This document shows, piece after piece, positions 9,877 through 18,033 of a DNA stretch of 64,000 bases. Under the pieces are notes generated by a model. It did not search any database. It saw nothing but the letters and a program-made list of their open reading frames with translations, and was not told the DNA's origin. The number at the start of each line of letters is the position of its first letter. Position 1 is the first letter of the stretch. The DNA is taken from positions 1-64,000 of the IMG/VR virus record IMGVR_UViG_3300032315_000675; one strand, written 5' to 3'. Both the position numbers and the translations under genes were made by a program. The DNA is from a virus.

Positions 9877-10940
9877 TGCGTATTGAAAACGAGATACTGC
9901 TTGACTTTAGCGATGTGTTGATTCGCCCAAAGCGGTCAACACTTGCTAGCCGTAAGGAAGTGCAGCTACAACGAACCTACACATTTAAGCATAGCGGTCG
10001 TATTTGGGCCGGTGTTCCTATCATGGCCTCTAACATGGATGGTGTTGGTACTGTTGGTGTGGCTTTAGCGTTGCAAGCTCAAGACATGTTTACTTGTTTG
10101 ACCAAAGATACTATTGAAATTCCCTATGGATTGAATCCTCATAGATATGCTATCAGCACAGGCACGAGTGATAAAGACTTTGAACGCTTGCAAATGATAT
10201 TGAGAAAGCATAGTTATATTCATTTTATCTGCATTGATGTAGCAAATGGATATAGTGAACACTTTGGTGAGTTTGTTGCTAAGATTCGTGAGAAGTATCC
10301 AGAACACACAATTATTGCGGGTAATGTAGTAACCGCAGACATGACACAGGAGTTAATCTTAAATGGAGCAGACATTGTTAAAGTGGGCATCGGTCCTGGG
10401 AGCGTTTGCACAACTCGTATTCAAACTGGCGTTGGCTATCCTCAGCTTAGTGCTATTATGGAGTGCGCTGATGCTGCTCATGGTCTTGGCGGACATATCA
10501 TCTCCGACGGAGGATGTGTATATCCAGGAGATGTTGCTAAGGCATTCGGGGCCGGTGCAGATTTCGTGATGCTCGGTGGAATGCTTGCCGGACATGATGA
10601 AGGCGGTGGAGAAATGTTCACTCGCTGGAAGCAGACTGGATATTGTGACGAAACCGGTGATCCTATTTTACGAGGAGACCGAAAAGTGCAGTTCTACGGG
10701 ATGAGTAGTGATACTGCTATGAAGAAGCATCACGGCGGTGTGGCAGAGTATCGTAGTAGCGAAGGCAGAACAGTAGAGATTCCTTATAAAGGTCCGATTG
10801 AAAACACTATAAAAGATATTCTAGGTGGACTTCGCAGCACTTGCACTTATGTTGGTGCAAGTGAACTTAAGCATCTAAGTAAATGCACGACCTTTGTTCG
10901 GGTAAATAATCAATTTAACAACGTATTTGTAGAAAGATAA
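9876..10940 (+). CDS. guaC: GMP reductase
   Basis: '[18 protein letters not shown]', '[11 protein letters not shown]', '[13 protein letters not shown]', 'FYGMSS', 'YRSSEG'. Confidence 0.95.
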   Translation: MRIENEILLDFSDVLIRPKRSTLASRKEVQLQRTYTFKHSGRIWAGVPIMASNMDGVGTVGVALALQAQDMFTCLTKDTIEIPYGLNPHRYAISTGTSDKDFERLQMILRKHSYIHFICIDVANGYSEHFGEFVAKIREKYPEHTIIAGNVVTADMTQELILNGADIVKVGIGPGSVCTTRIQTGVGYPQLSAIMECADAAHGLGGHIISDGGCVYPGDVAKAFGAGADFVMLGGMLAGHDEGGGEMFTRWKQTGYCDETGDPILRGDRKVQFYGMSSDTAMKKHHGGVAEYRSSEGRTVEIPYKGPIENTIKDILGGLRSTCTYVGASELKHLSKCTTFVRVNNQFNNVFVER

Positions 10941-10944
10941 AAAT

Positions 10945-11382
10945 ATGCATCCTGAAATCAGAAACATTATTCCCCTATATTATGAGTTTGAACCTAAAAG
11001 CTTCGAAGCGTTGAATGAACATGTCACATTCATCATACAAATTTGCGAAGATAATAGTCCAAAGGTCTATTCTTTGGAAGATTGGATTGATACTCTAAAC
11101 CTCAACATTAAATGTAAATTTAAATTACGGTATGATGAACAGGCTCGACGGCCGACCATTTCTGCTGGTGATTGTGGTAGACTTACAACCACTGAGCCAC
11201 GCGGACTTGTTTTAAATATGACAGAGGTCGAGGCTGAAAAGTTTGAGAAATTGTTATTGTTCCCGCTGCTTACCCAAGAGGGCGATGCATTCACTGTTGT
11301 GAAGATTAACAATTGTGAAATTGCAAGAAATATTGAACAAAAGAAAATTGATATTTTTAATTCCTTTTTTTCAGTTGAATAA
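10945..11382 (+). CDS. Hypothetical protein (AT-rich)
   Basis: ORF fills the gap between guaC and folE; no motif recognised. Confidence 0.5.
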   Translation: MHPEIRNIIPLYYEFEPKSFEALNEHVTFIIQICEDNSPKVYSLEDWIDTLNLNIKCKFKLRYDEQARRPTISAGDCGRLTTTEPRGLVLNMTEVEAEKFEKLLLFPLLTQEGDAFTVVKINNCEIARNIEQKKIDIFNSFFSVE

Positions 11383-11389
11383 ATAAGAA

Positions 11390-11449
11390 CGTAACACAAA
11401 GGTTACGACATGAGAGTAATCTCTCCGTTGGGTATTAACGTTAGATACT
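11390..11449 (+). promoter_or_regulatory. Structured 5' leader of folE (three hairpins, possible pseudoknot)
   Basis: CGTAAC/GTTACG, GAGAG/CTCTC and CGTTG/TAACG stems downstream of TAAATA (11380-85). Confidence 0.45.
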
Positions 11450-11465
11450 TTGAAAGGAAAAAACT

Positions 11466-12146
11466 ATGTCTTTTAATAAAAATAAATGTGACCCCGAACT
11501 AGGTCGTCGAGTTCACGAACATCTAGTGAAGATGGGGGTTGAAACTCCCACTATTGAAAACAATCTCAGCAGAACAGACAAAATTGAGATCATTGAACGC
11601 AAGTTTAAGGATATCATGGAAACCTTAGGGCTTGACCTAAGTGATGACAGTCTTATTGAAACTCCGAAACGTGTTGCCAAAATGTATGTAGGTGAAATCT
11701 TTTGGGGCCTCGACTATGAAGCATTTCCGAAATGCACTACAGTTGACAACAAGATGAAGTACAACGAGATGGTCGTTGAACGCAACGTGAATGTGCAATC
11801 TAACTGTGAACATCACTTCGTGATCATTGACGGACTTGCAACCGTTGCATATGTTCCTAACGAAAAAGTCCTTGGTCTATCAAAGATCAATCGTATCGTT
11901 GAATATTTCAGCAAGCGTCCTCAGATTCAGGAGCGGTTGACTGAACAGGTATTCCATGCACTTCGTTTTATTCTCGAAACGGAAGATGTTGCGGTCATGA
12001 TTGATGCACAGCACTATTGCGTTAAAAGTCGCGGCGTTGAGGATACTGGTTCTTCTACGGTGACAGTGCGTTTGGGCGGTGGATTCAAGACTGATCCTGC
12101 TGCCCGGGCAGAGTTTCTTAGTATTGCTCGTATGGGTAAATGCTAA
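11466..12146 (+). CDS. folE: GTP cyclohydrolase I
   Basis: 'ETPKRVAKMY', 'SNCEHHF', 'GLSKINR', 'QIQERLT', 'HYCVKSRGV'. Confidence 0.96.
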   Translation: MSFNKNKCDPELGRRVHEHLVKMGVETPTIENNLSRTDKIEIIERKFKDIMETLGLDLSDDSLIETPKRVAKMYVGEIFWGLDYEAFPKCTTVDNKMKYNEMVVERNVNVQSNCEHHFVIIDGLATVAYVPNEKVLGLSKINRIVEYFSKRPQIQERLTEQVFHALRFILETEDVAVMIDAQHYCVKSRGVEDTGSSTVTVRLGGGFKTDPAARAEFLSIARMGKC

Positions 12147-12616
12147 TGATTTTTAACAAGATTAAGAAACTAAAAGAGGACGGCCTCATGATTGGCATTA
12201 CCTTCTCGACCTTTGATATGCTACATGCGGGTCACATTGCAATGCTTTCAGAAGCTAAGAATCACTGCGACTATTTGATTTGCGGGTTGCAGACTGATCC
12301 TACTATTGACCGACCAGATACAAAGAACAAGCCAGTTCAAAGTATTGTAGAGAGGCAGATTCAACTTAGTGCTTGCCGCTTTGTTGATGAGATTGTTATC
12401 TACGAAACGGAAAAGGATTTGATAGATTTGCTATTGACTTTGCCACTAGATTGTCGTATACTGGGTGTAGAGTATGAAAATAGAGACTTCACTGGTCGAG
12501 GCGAATGTCAAGAACGAGGGATTGAACTCATATTCAATAGTAGAGACCACAGCTTTAGCAGTAGCAATCTACGAAAGCGTGTAGCAGAAGCAGAAAGAAA
12601 CAAAGATGGAACCTAA
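12146..12616 (+). CDS. Cytidylyltransferase (TagD-like, HxGH family)
   Basis: 'FSTFDMLHAGH', 'LICGLQTD', 'RDHSFSSS'. Confidence 0.85.
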   Translation: MIFNKIKKLKEDGLMIGITFSTFDMLHAGHIAMLSEAKNHCDYLICGLQTDPTIDRPDTKNKPVQSIVERQIQLSACRFVDEIVIYETEKDLIDLLLTLPLDCRILGVEYENRDFTGRGECQERGIELIFNSRDHSFSSSNLRKRVAEAERNKDGT

Positions 12617-12824
12617 AGACCCTAATAAGAAAAATGATATTTGGTTCGGCGGCTGGAGTTATAATTTTACTATGCCGGCCAATTCATATAAGACTCCTCA
12701 ATATAAGAAGGAGACTGTTGAAGAAACGATTGCACGAATGGATGTCGATGACGAAATAGTTAGTGCGATGAATTCATATCCTACTGCCGAGAAGATGCTT
12801 AACAAATTGTATGGAAAATCATAA
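12606..12824 (+). CDS. Hypothetical protein
   Basis: Overlap-coupled small ORF in the operon. Confidence 0.5.
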   Translation: MEPKDPNKKNDIWFGGWSYNFTMPANSYKTPQYKKETVEETIARMDVDDEIVSAMNSYPTAEKMLNKLYGKS

Positions 12825-13029
12825 GTTAGACTTACACGGTGTGCGGCATCAAGATGTTGATGCTCTAGTGGAGAACTTTGTTCTGACGAATCAGCAAAGT
12901 TTTCCGCTTACCATCATATGCGGTAACAGTGTAAAAATGACACAACTAGCTGAAACAGTACTAAATAGGATTGGTTGTAACACTCTTGTATTACGTTACG
13001 GAACAATCATTGTACATGGGTTCAAATAA
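12811..13029 (+). CDS. Stand-alone Smr-domain protein
   Basis: 'KLDLHG' and 'LTIICGNS' Smr motifs. Confidence 0.7.
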   Translation: MENHKLDLHGVRHQDVDALVENFVLTNQQSFPLTIICGNSVKMTQLAETVLNRIGCNTLVLRYGTIIVHGFK

Positions 13030-13039
13030 AAACATCCGA

Positions 13040-13105
13040 ACCGGTCTCTTTGGGCATCATCCCGGTATACAAACTCTGCCGCCTGTGCTAATATTAACAT
13101 AGGAG
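13040..13105 (+). promoter_or_regulatory. Candidate preQ1-I-like riboswitch variant plus RBS-sequestering hairpin upstream of queD
   Basis: P1 ACCGG/CCGGT, loop GGCA pairing with downstream TGCC, A-rich linker ATACAAAC, then CCTGTG/CATAGG hairpin over AGGAG. Confidence 0.5.
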
Positions 13106-13113
13106 ATTAAAGT

Positions 13114-13617
13114 ATGGCAGGACAATCAGTATCATACAAGTACACGAGTACTAAAGAATGGCATGACGCATTCCCGTGTGCGTATCGTCAATGGCGCGCC
13201 GATAGTCACTGTAATAACATTCATGGTTATTCATTTACTATTAAGGTATACTTCGGTGCTGATACGCTAGATGCACGTAACTGGTGTGCAGACTACGGTG
13301 GTCTAAAAGACCTCAAGGCAATTCTTGAAGACCAGTTCGACCATACTCTGCTTGTAGCAGAAGACGATCCTGATATGGATTTGTTCAACCTGTTGCAAGA
13401 GCGCGGTATAGCAAAGTTGACTATCATCCCGGCAACTGGGTGTGAAGCACTTGCTGACATGCTCTACAAGTTCATCAACAGTGTCTATATCCCAGATCAT
13501 TGGGGTTCGGGTGAAGCTGAACGACTTTGGTGCTATCGAGTAGAAGTTCGTGAAACACAAAGCAACATGGCTTTCCGTGAAGGTCATCGTGAATGGAATG
13601 AGGATTTGATCGGATGA
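13114..13617 (+). CDS. queD: 6-carboxy-5,6,7,8-tetrahydropterin synthase
   Basis: 'SHCNNIHGYS', 'DYGGLK', 'FDHTLL', 'GCEALA', 'VEVRET'. Confidence 0.9.
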   Translation: MAGQSVSYKYTSTKEWHDAFPCAYRQWRADSHCNNIHGYSFTIKVYFGADTLDARNWCADYGGLKDLKAILEDQFDHTLLVAEDDPDMDLFNLLQERGIAKLTIIPATGCEALADMLYKFINSVYIPDHWGSGEAERLWCYRVEVRETQSNMAFREGHREWNEDLIG

Positions 13618-13778
13618 AGTTAGTTGAAAAGAAAGTAACGGTAGGTGATGACCTCCTTCCAGTAATGACCGTTACTATGGAACTTAGCATGGAAAAGATC
13701 ATGGATGAACAAGCAATTGATCCTAATTTCTATGCGGAATTTGGTAGGAAGTTCTTTCAGGCACTTGAAAACAAATGA
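13614..13778 (+). CDS. Small hypothetical protein (54 aa, not in the ORF track)
   Basis: ATGA overlap with the queD stop; MKLVEKKVTVGDDLLPVMTV...ALENK. Confidence 0.5.
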   Translation: MKLVEKKVTVGDDLLPVMTVTMELSMEKIMDEQAIDPNFYAEFGRKFFQALENK

Positions 13779-13790
13779 GGATAAGAGATA

Positions 13791-14339
13791 ATGACTAAGA
13801 AAGTACACTACACAGAAAAACAAATCGACACCTTTATCCATACTATCATTCGACAACTAACCAATGATGATTGGAAACCTGACTATATAGTTGGTGTTAC
13901 TCGCGGAGGACTAGTGCCTGCTCTTAAGATCAGTCACTACTTTGATGTTCCGATGGAAACTCTCAAGGTTAATCTGCGCGATGGCGGTGAAAGTGAAACA
14001 AACTGCTGGATGTCAGAAGACGCATTCGGTTATGTTCCTGTATTAGAACGAGCAATCGTAAAGAGCCGCTGGGACACGAAGAAGCGTAAGAATATTCTTA
14101 TCGTAGATGATGTCAATGACACTGGTGCAACTCTAGAATGGATCAAGAAAAGTTGGGAAAGCTGCTGCTTACCCAACGAACCTACATGGGAAACAGTCTG
14201 GGGGAACAATGTTCGCTTTGCTGTATTAGTTAACAATGACGCAAGTCCTACAGAAGTCAATTATATCGGGGAGTCTATCAATAAGACAGAAGACCCTCAG
14301 TGGTGTGTTTTTCCCTGGGAGTGTTGGTGGAAACTTTAA
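13791..14339 (+). CDS. Type I phosphoribosyltransferase (xanthine/guanine PRT-like)
   Basis: 'IVGVTRGGLVPA', PRPP-binding 'ILIVDDVNDTGAT', 'WCVFPWE'. Confidence 0.88.
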   Translation: MTKKVHYTEKQIDTFIHTIIRQLTNDDWKPDYIVGVTRGGLVPALKISHYFDVPMETLKVNLRDGGESETNCWMSEDAFGYVPVLERAIVKSRWDTKKRKNILIVDDVNDTGATLEWIKKSWESCCLPNEPTWETVWGNNVRFAVLVNNDASPTEVNYIGESINKTEDPQWCVFPWECWWKL

Positions 14340-14728
14340 GAGACGACTTGATGGTGCAACAGCAGATAACGACTGATTGGGAACATATGGTCGGAGTGAT
14401 CATGCTGAACCAAACAGGAAGAAAGCCTGTGAAATACGTTCTGCCGAAATTCTTAAAAAAGTTTCCAAACCCAACAAGTCTCCTAAATAGCACAGTGGAG
14501 GAAGTGATCGATATCATCAAGCCACTTGGTATGTATAACATCAGAGAGAAACGGTTGCGCCGAATGTCAGAGGACTACTTGACTTGGAATAAACAAGATG
14601 CGTTAGCCCTTTACGGAATCGGTAAATACGGTAATGATAGTTATGAGATTTTCTTTAAACAAAACTACGACGTAACACCCACCGATAAAGAATTAGTGCG
14701 GTTCCTAAATGATAGAAAAGATAGTTGA
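14327..14728 (+). CDS. HhH-GPD DNA glycosylase (MBD4-like)
   Basis: 'IMLNQT', 'IIKPLGMYNIR', 'LYGIGKYGNDSY', 'PTDKEL'; GTG 14327 with GGAG upstream. Confidence 0.8.
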   Translation: METLRDDLMVQQQITTDWEHMVGVIMLNQTGRKPVKYVLPKFLKKFPNPTSLLNSTVEEVIDIIKPLGMYNIREKRLRRMSEDYLTWNKQDALALYGIGKYGNDSYEIFFKQNYDVTPTDKELVRFLNDRKDS

Positions 14729-14730
14729 CA

Positions 14731-15573
14731 ATGGCTGTGATTAAAGTAAGCGAATTATTCTACTCAATTCAAGGTGAAGGACGATACATGGGCGTACCAA
14801 GTATTTTCCTCAGAACGTTTGGCTGTAACTTCACTTGCGGCGGATTCGGAATGCCTAAAGGAGAGATGTCAGACGAGCGTGAGAAGTTAAATCCAAAAGA
14901 TTATACTGAGTATGGTTCTCTTCCGCTTCTCTCTACAGGCTGCGATTCATATGCATCCTGGGATCCTCGGTTTAAGCATCTGTCTCCTGTCAGAGACATC
15001 GATTCTATCGTCGATAGTATTATGAAGCTGCTACCGTTTGGAGAATGGAGGGACGAACACCTTGTCATCACAGGAGGAGAACCTCTCTTAGGTTGGCAAC
15101 GTGCTTATCCTGCGTTACTCGGTCATCCCAAAATGAAGGGTCTGAAGGAGATTACGTTTGAGACAAATGGTACACAAGAGTTGAGCGAAGAACTGTATGG
15201 GTTTTTGATCGACTGGGAAACTTCACAAAATAATCGACAGGTTACATTTAGTGTCAGTGCAAAACTAAGCTGTAGCGGTGAGTCTAGAGAACGGGCAATC
15301 TGCCCAGACATTGTCAGTAACTATGAGAATGTTGGGTATGCGTATCTCAAGTTTGTGATCGCTACCGAAGATGATGCTCAAGAAGCTCTTGAAGTAACCA
15401 AGCTTTATCGTGATAGCGGGTTCGAAGGACCCGTGTATTTCATGCCAGTAGGCGGTGTTGAAAGTGTCTACCATCTTAACAACAAGAATGTTGCACTGGC
15501 TGCGATGAAGCACGGTGTTCGCTATAGTGATCGTTTACAAGTCCCTCTTTTCAAAAATCAATGGGCAACTTAA
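14731..15573 (+). CDS. queE: 7-carboxy-7-deazaguanine synthase (radical SAM)
   Basis: 'ELFYSIQGEG', 'FLRTFGCNFTC...GCDS', 'VITGGEPL', 'FETNGT', 'YSDRLQ'. Confidence 0.92.
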   Translation: MAVIKVSELFYSIQGEGRYMGVPSIFLRTFGCNFTCGGFGMPKGEMSDEREKLNPKDYTEYGSLPLLSTGCDSYASWDPRFKHLSPVRDIDSIVDSIMKLLPFGEWRDEHLVITGGEPLLGWQRAYPALLGHPKMKGLKEITFETNGTQELSEELYGFLIDWETSQNNRQVTFSVSAKLSCSGESRERAICPDIVSNYENVGYAYLKFVIATEDDAQEALEVTKLYRDSGFEGPVYFMPVGGVESVYHLNNKNVALAAMKHGVRYSDRLQVPLFKNQWAT

Positions 15574-15585
15574 GGAGATAACAAT

Positions 15586-15849
15586 ATGAAGAAAATTTAT
15601 GAAGTGTTAGTAGCATATGACCCTGAATTAGGTCGTGATGTTCGTTGTAGATCAGACATTGATACCCAAGGTGGATTCACCCGATTGGAAGATGGTACTA
15701 TACTGCACCGAGATTCTAAGACTAAGAAACACAGACTTTTTATGCGAGTATATAAGGGTCCTGCCCGAGAAGCACACCAGCTTGCAGGAACGCTTAGGTT
15801 AGCATATGATGGATTGGGGATTCCTCATTCTATTCTTAGGAGAGTATGA
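15586..15849 (+). CDS. Hypothetical protein
   Basis: AAGGAG RBS; coupled to the next gene. Confidence 0.6.
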   Translation: MKKIYEVLVAYDPELGRDVRCRSDIDTQGGFTRLEDGTILHRDSKTKKHRLFMRVYKGPAREAHQLAGTLRLAYDGLGIPHSILRRV

Positions 15850-17183
15850 TAGTGAAGCGAATCGGGTTTCTAGTTAGTTCACAGACGCTAATTCCTCATG
15901 GCGGTATCGGTCAATTCACAAAGAGCTTTTGTGATATGATGGATGCTCGCGGCATCAAAGTAGACATCATTACCGACAAGTCGCCTCAGGGCGTTGCTGA
16001 TGAGTTTATCAAAGAAATTAAAGCAAACATCATCTATCCAAAAAAAACTCGCACATACACGGATCATAGTGCCATTTTTATGTACGGTGATAGTTACTGC
16101 TATGAACGTATGGCAAACTTTCGCAACGCAATTGTCAAGGCATTAACTACTAATATTTACGATGCCTTTGTTTGCAATACGTACGAGACCGTGCAAGTTG
16201 CAAGCACTATGGGACTTGAGGATTGTATTCAAGTCATTGCTTACACTCACCTCGAGAGCCAAATCTTCAAGGACACTAAGAATCCGTTCTTAGATAACGT
16301 CAATGAAATGATGCGTAAGCAACTAGGCATCAACAACGTTGCCATTGGAACACAAAGCAAGTTCAATCAACTACAATTTTGGGAAGGAAATGCATTTCAT
16401 CTTCCTATTCCCTTACCAGAGCAAGGGCTATTGCAAGAATACAATAAGCCACGTGAAGGTGTATTGTTCATCGGTCGATGGGAAGAAGGCAAGAACCCTG
16501 AACTTTATCTCGATCTTATTGAACAGACTAAGTTGCCTGCCCGTGTTATGACTAACGCGAATGGTGCTAAGAAATTTGAAGACCGTTTGAAGAAGTTAGG
16601 GGTTGACTACAAGATTGCTGTCAGCGTCATTGGACAAGAGAAGGTAGATTTCATCACAAGCTGCCGAGTGGCATTCAATCCTAGCACAGTAGAAAGCTAC
16701 GGTATTGCGTTCCATGAACAGACTATTCAACTACCTACGTTTGCTCTTGAGAACCAACGCTGGACCCAAAACTTTGATAGCCGTTCATTCTTCACTACAA
16801 ACAAGAAGAATATGGCAACAGACATTATAGAAGCATATAATAATTACGACACCGCAGAGAAGTGGTATGCTAACGGGTACCTTGAAGTATTCAAAGCACA
16901 AGAAGACCAAGTGTTCCATCATTGGAACGAGTGTTTCGGTAGCTTTACCGGCAAGCAATCTAACAGCAGTACTGCTAAGATATGTAATGAAACTACAGTA
17001 AAATACGCTGACTTCATTGACGCACTGAAGCGTAACATCATTTGCATAGATGATGTCAGGTCAGTACTCACAAACAGACACAAGTTCCGTGTCATCTACA
17101 CTGACAAGGATACGTGGTTGACTAAGGATCCTTCTTTTGAACCATCAGAAGAAGTTACTGGATTAGGATTATTTGAGTTTTAA
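15846..17183 (+). CDS. GT-B glycosyltransferase (GT4-like)
   Basis: 'PHGGIGQF', 'LFIGRWEEGKNP', 'NPSTVESYGIAFHE'. Confidence 0.85.
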   Translation: MIVKRIGFLVSSQTLIPHGGIGQFTKSFCDMMDARGIKVDIITDKSPQGVADEFIKEIKANIIYPKKTRTYTDHSAIFMYGDSYCYERMANFRNAIVKALTTNIYDAFVCNTYETVQVASTMGLEDCIQVIAYTHLESQIFKDTKNPFLDNVNEMMRKQLGINNVAIGTQSKFNQLQFWEGNAFHLPIPLPEQGLLQEYNKPREGVLFIGRWEEGKNPELYLDLIEQTKLPARVMTNANGAKKFEDRLKKLGVDYKIAVSVIGQEKVDFITSCRVAFNPSTVESYGIAFHEQTIQLPTFALENQRWTQNFDSRSFFTTNKKNMATDIIEAYNNYDTAEKWYANGYLEVFKAQEDQVFHHWNECFGSFTGKQSNSSTAKICNETTVKYADFIDALKRNIICIDDVRSVLTNRHKFRVIYTDKDTWLTKDPSFEPSEEVTGLGLFEF

Positions 17184-17184
17184 T

Positions 17185-18033
17185 ATGAAAAAGGTTTTAG
17201 TGACAGGCTGTTCAGGATACATCGGATCACATCTTTGCAAGCTACTTGAAAATGATTATGAGGTATACGGACTTGATGTGCGTCAACCTAATCATCCGGT
17301 AAAAGAATTCTTTCAGCTTGACATCAACAAGCCGTTCAAGACTGATAGAGAGTTTGACGCAGTTGTGCATCTGGCTGCGCTAGTCAACGTCAGTGAGAGT
17401 GAAGTGGTTCCAATCATGTATTACATCACTAACCTTAACGGCACGATGAATGTACTGAATAAGGTCAAGACGAAAAACTTTATCTTTGCTTCTACCGGCG
17501 CAGCAGCACTATGTGAGAGCGCATACGGTATTAGTAAGAGAGCCGCAGAAGATGTGGTCACCGAATATTGTACGCGCCACACCTCTACTCCTCACACGAT
17601 TTTTAGGTTCTATAACGTTCTTGGTTCCTCAAGTTATCCTCCCACTAATCCAGATGGCTTGATGTATAAGATGATGGAATCTAGTTATACCAGAGAGTTC
17701 ACGATCTTCGGGGATGATTATGACACCCCAGACGGAACGTGTGTGCGTGACTACGTTCACGTTGATGAAATCTGCGAGGCTATCAAGCTAGCGATTGAAA
17801 AGCCAGCTAATAAGATCGAGTGTTTAGGTCACGGTGTAGGATACACTGTTAGAGAAATCTTTGACAAGTTCTTAGAAGTGAACGAAGAAGCATTGTATAA
17901 AGACACTGATGAGGCAATTATTTGTAAAGTCGGTCCCCGTAGAAAAGGGGACGTACCTCATAGCGTACTAGAAGATGTGTCCCCTTATATGAAAAATCTC
18001 TATACTATAGAAGAGTTACTCAAACTACCTTAG
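17185..18033 (+). CDS. NAD-dependent sugar epimerase/dehydratase (GalE-like)
   Basis: 'VLVTGCSGYIGSH', YxxxK 'YGISK', 'RFYNV', 'DGTCVRDYVHV'. Confidence 0.9.
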   Translation: MKKVLVTGCSGYIGSHLCKLLENDYEVYGLDVRQPNHPVKEFFQLDINKPFKTDREFDAVVHLAALVNVSESEVVPIMYYITNLNGTMNVLNKVKTKNFIFASTGAAALCESAYGISKRAAEDVVTEYCTRHTSTPHTIFRFYNVLGSSSYPPTNPDGLMYKMMESSYTREFTIFGDDYDTPDGTCVRDYVHVDEICEAIKLAIEKPANKIECLGHGVGYTVREIFDKFLEVNEEALYKDTDEAIICKVGPRRKGDVPHSVLEDVSPYMKNLYTIEELLKLP

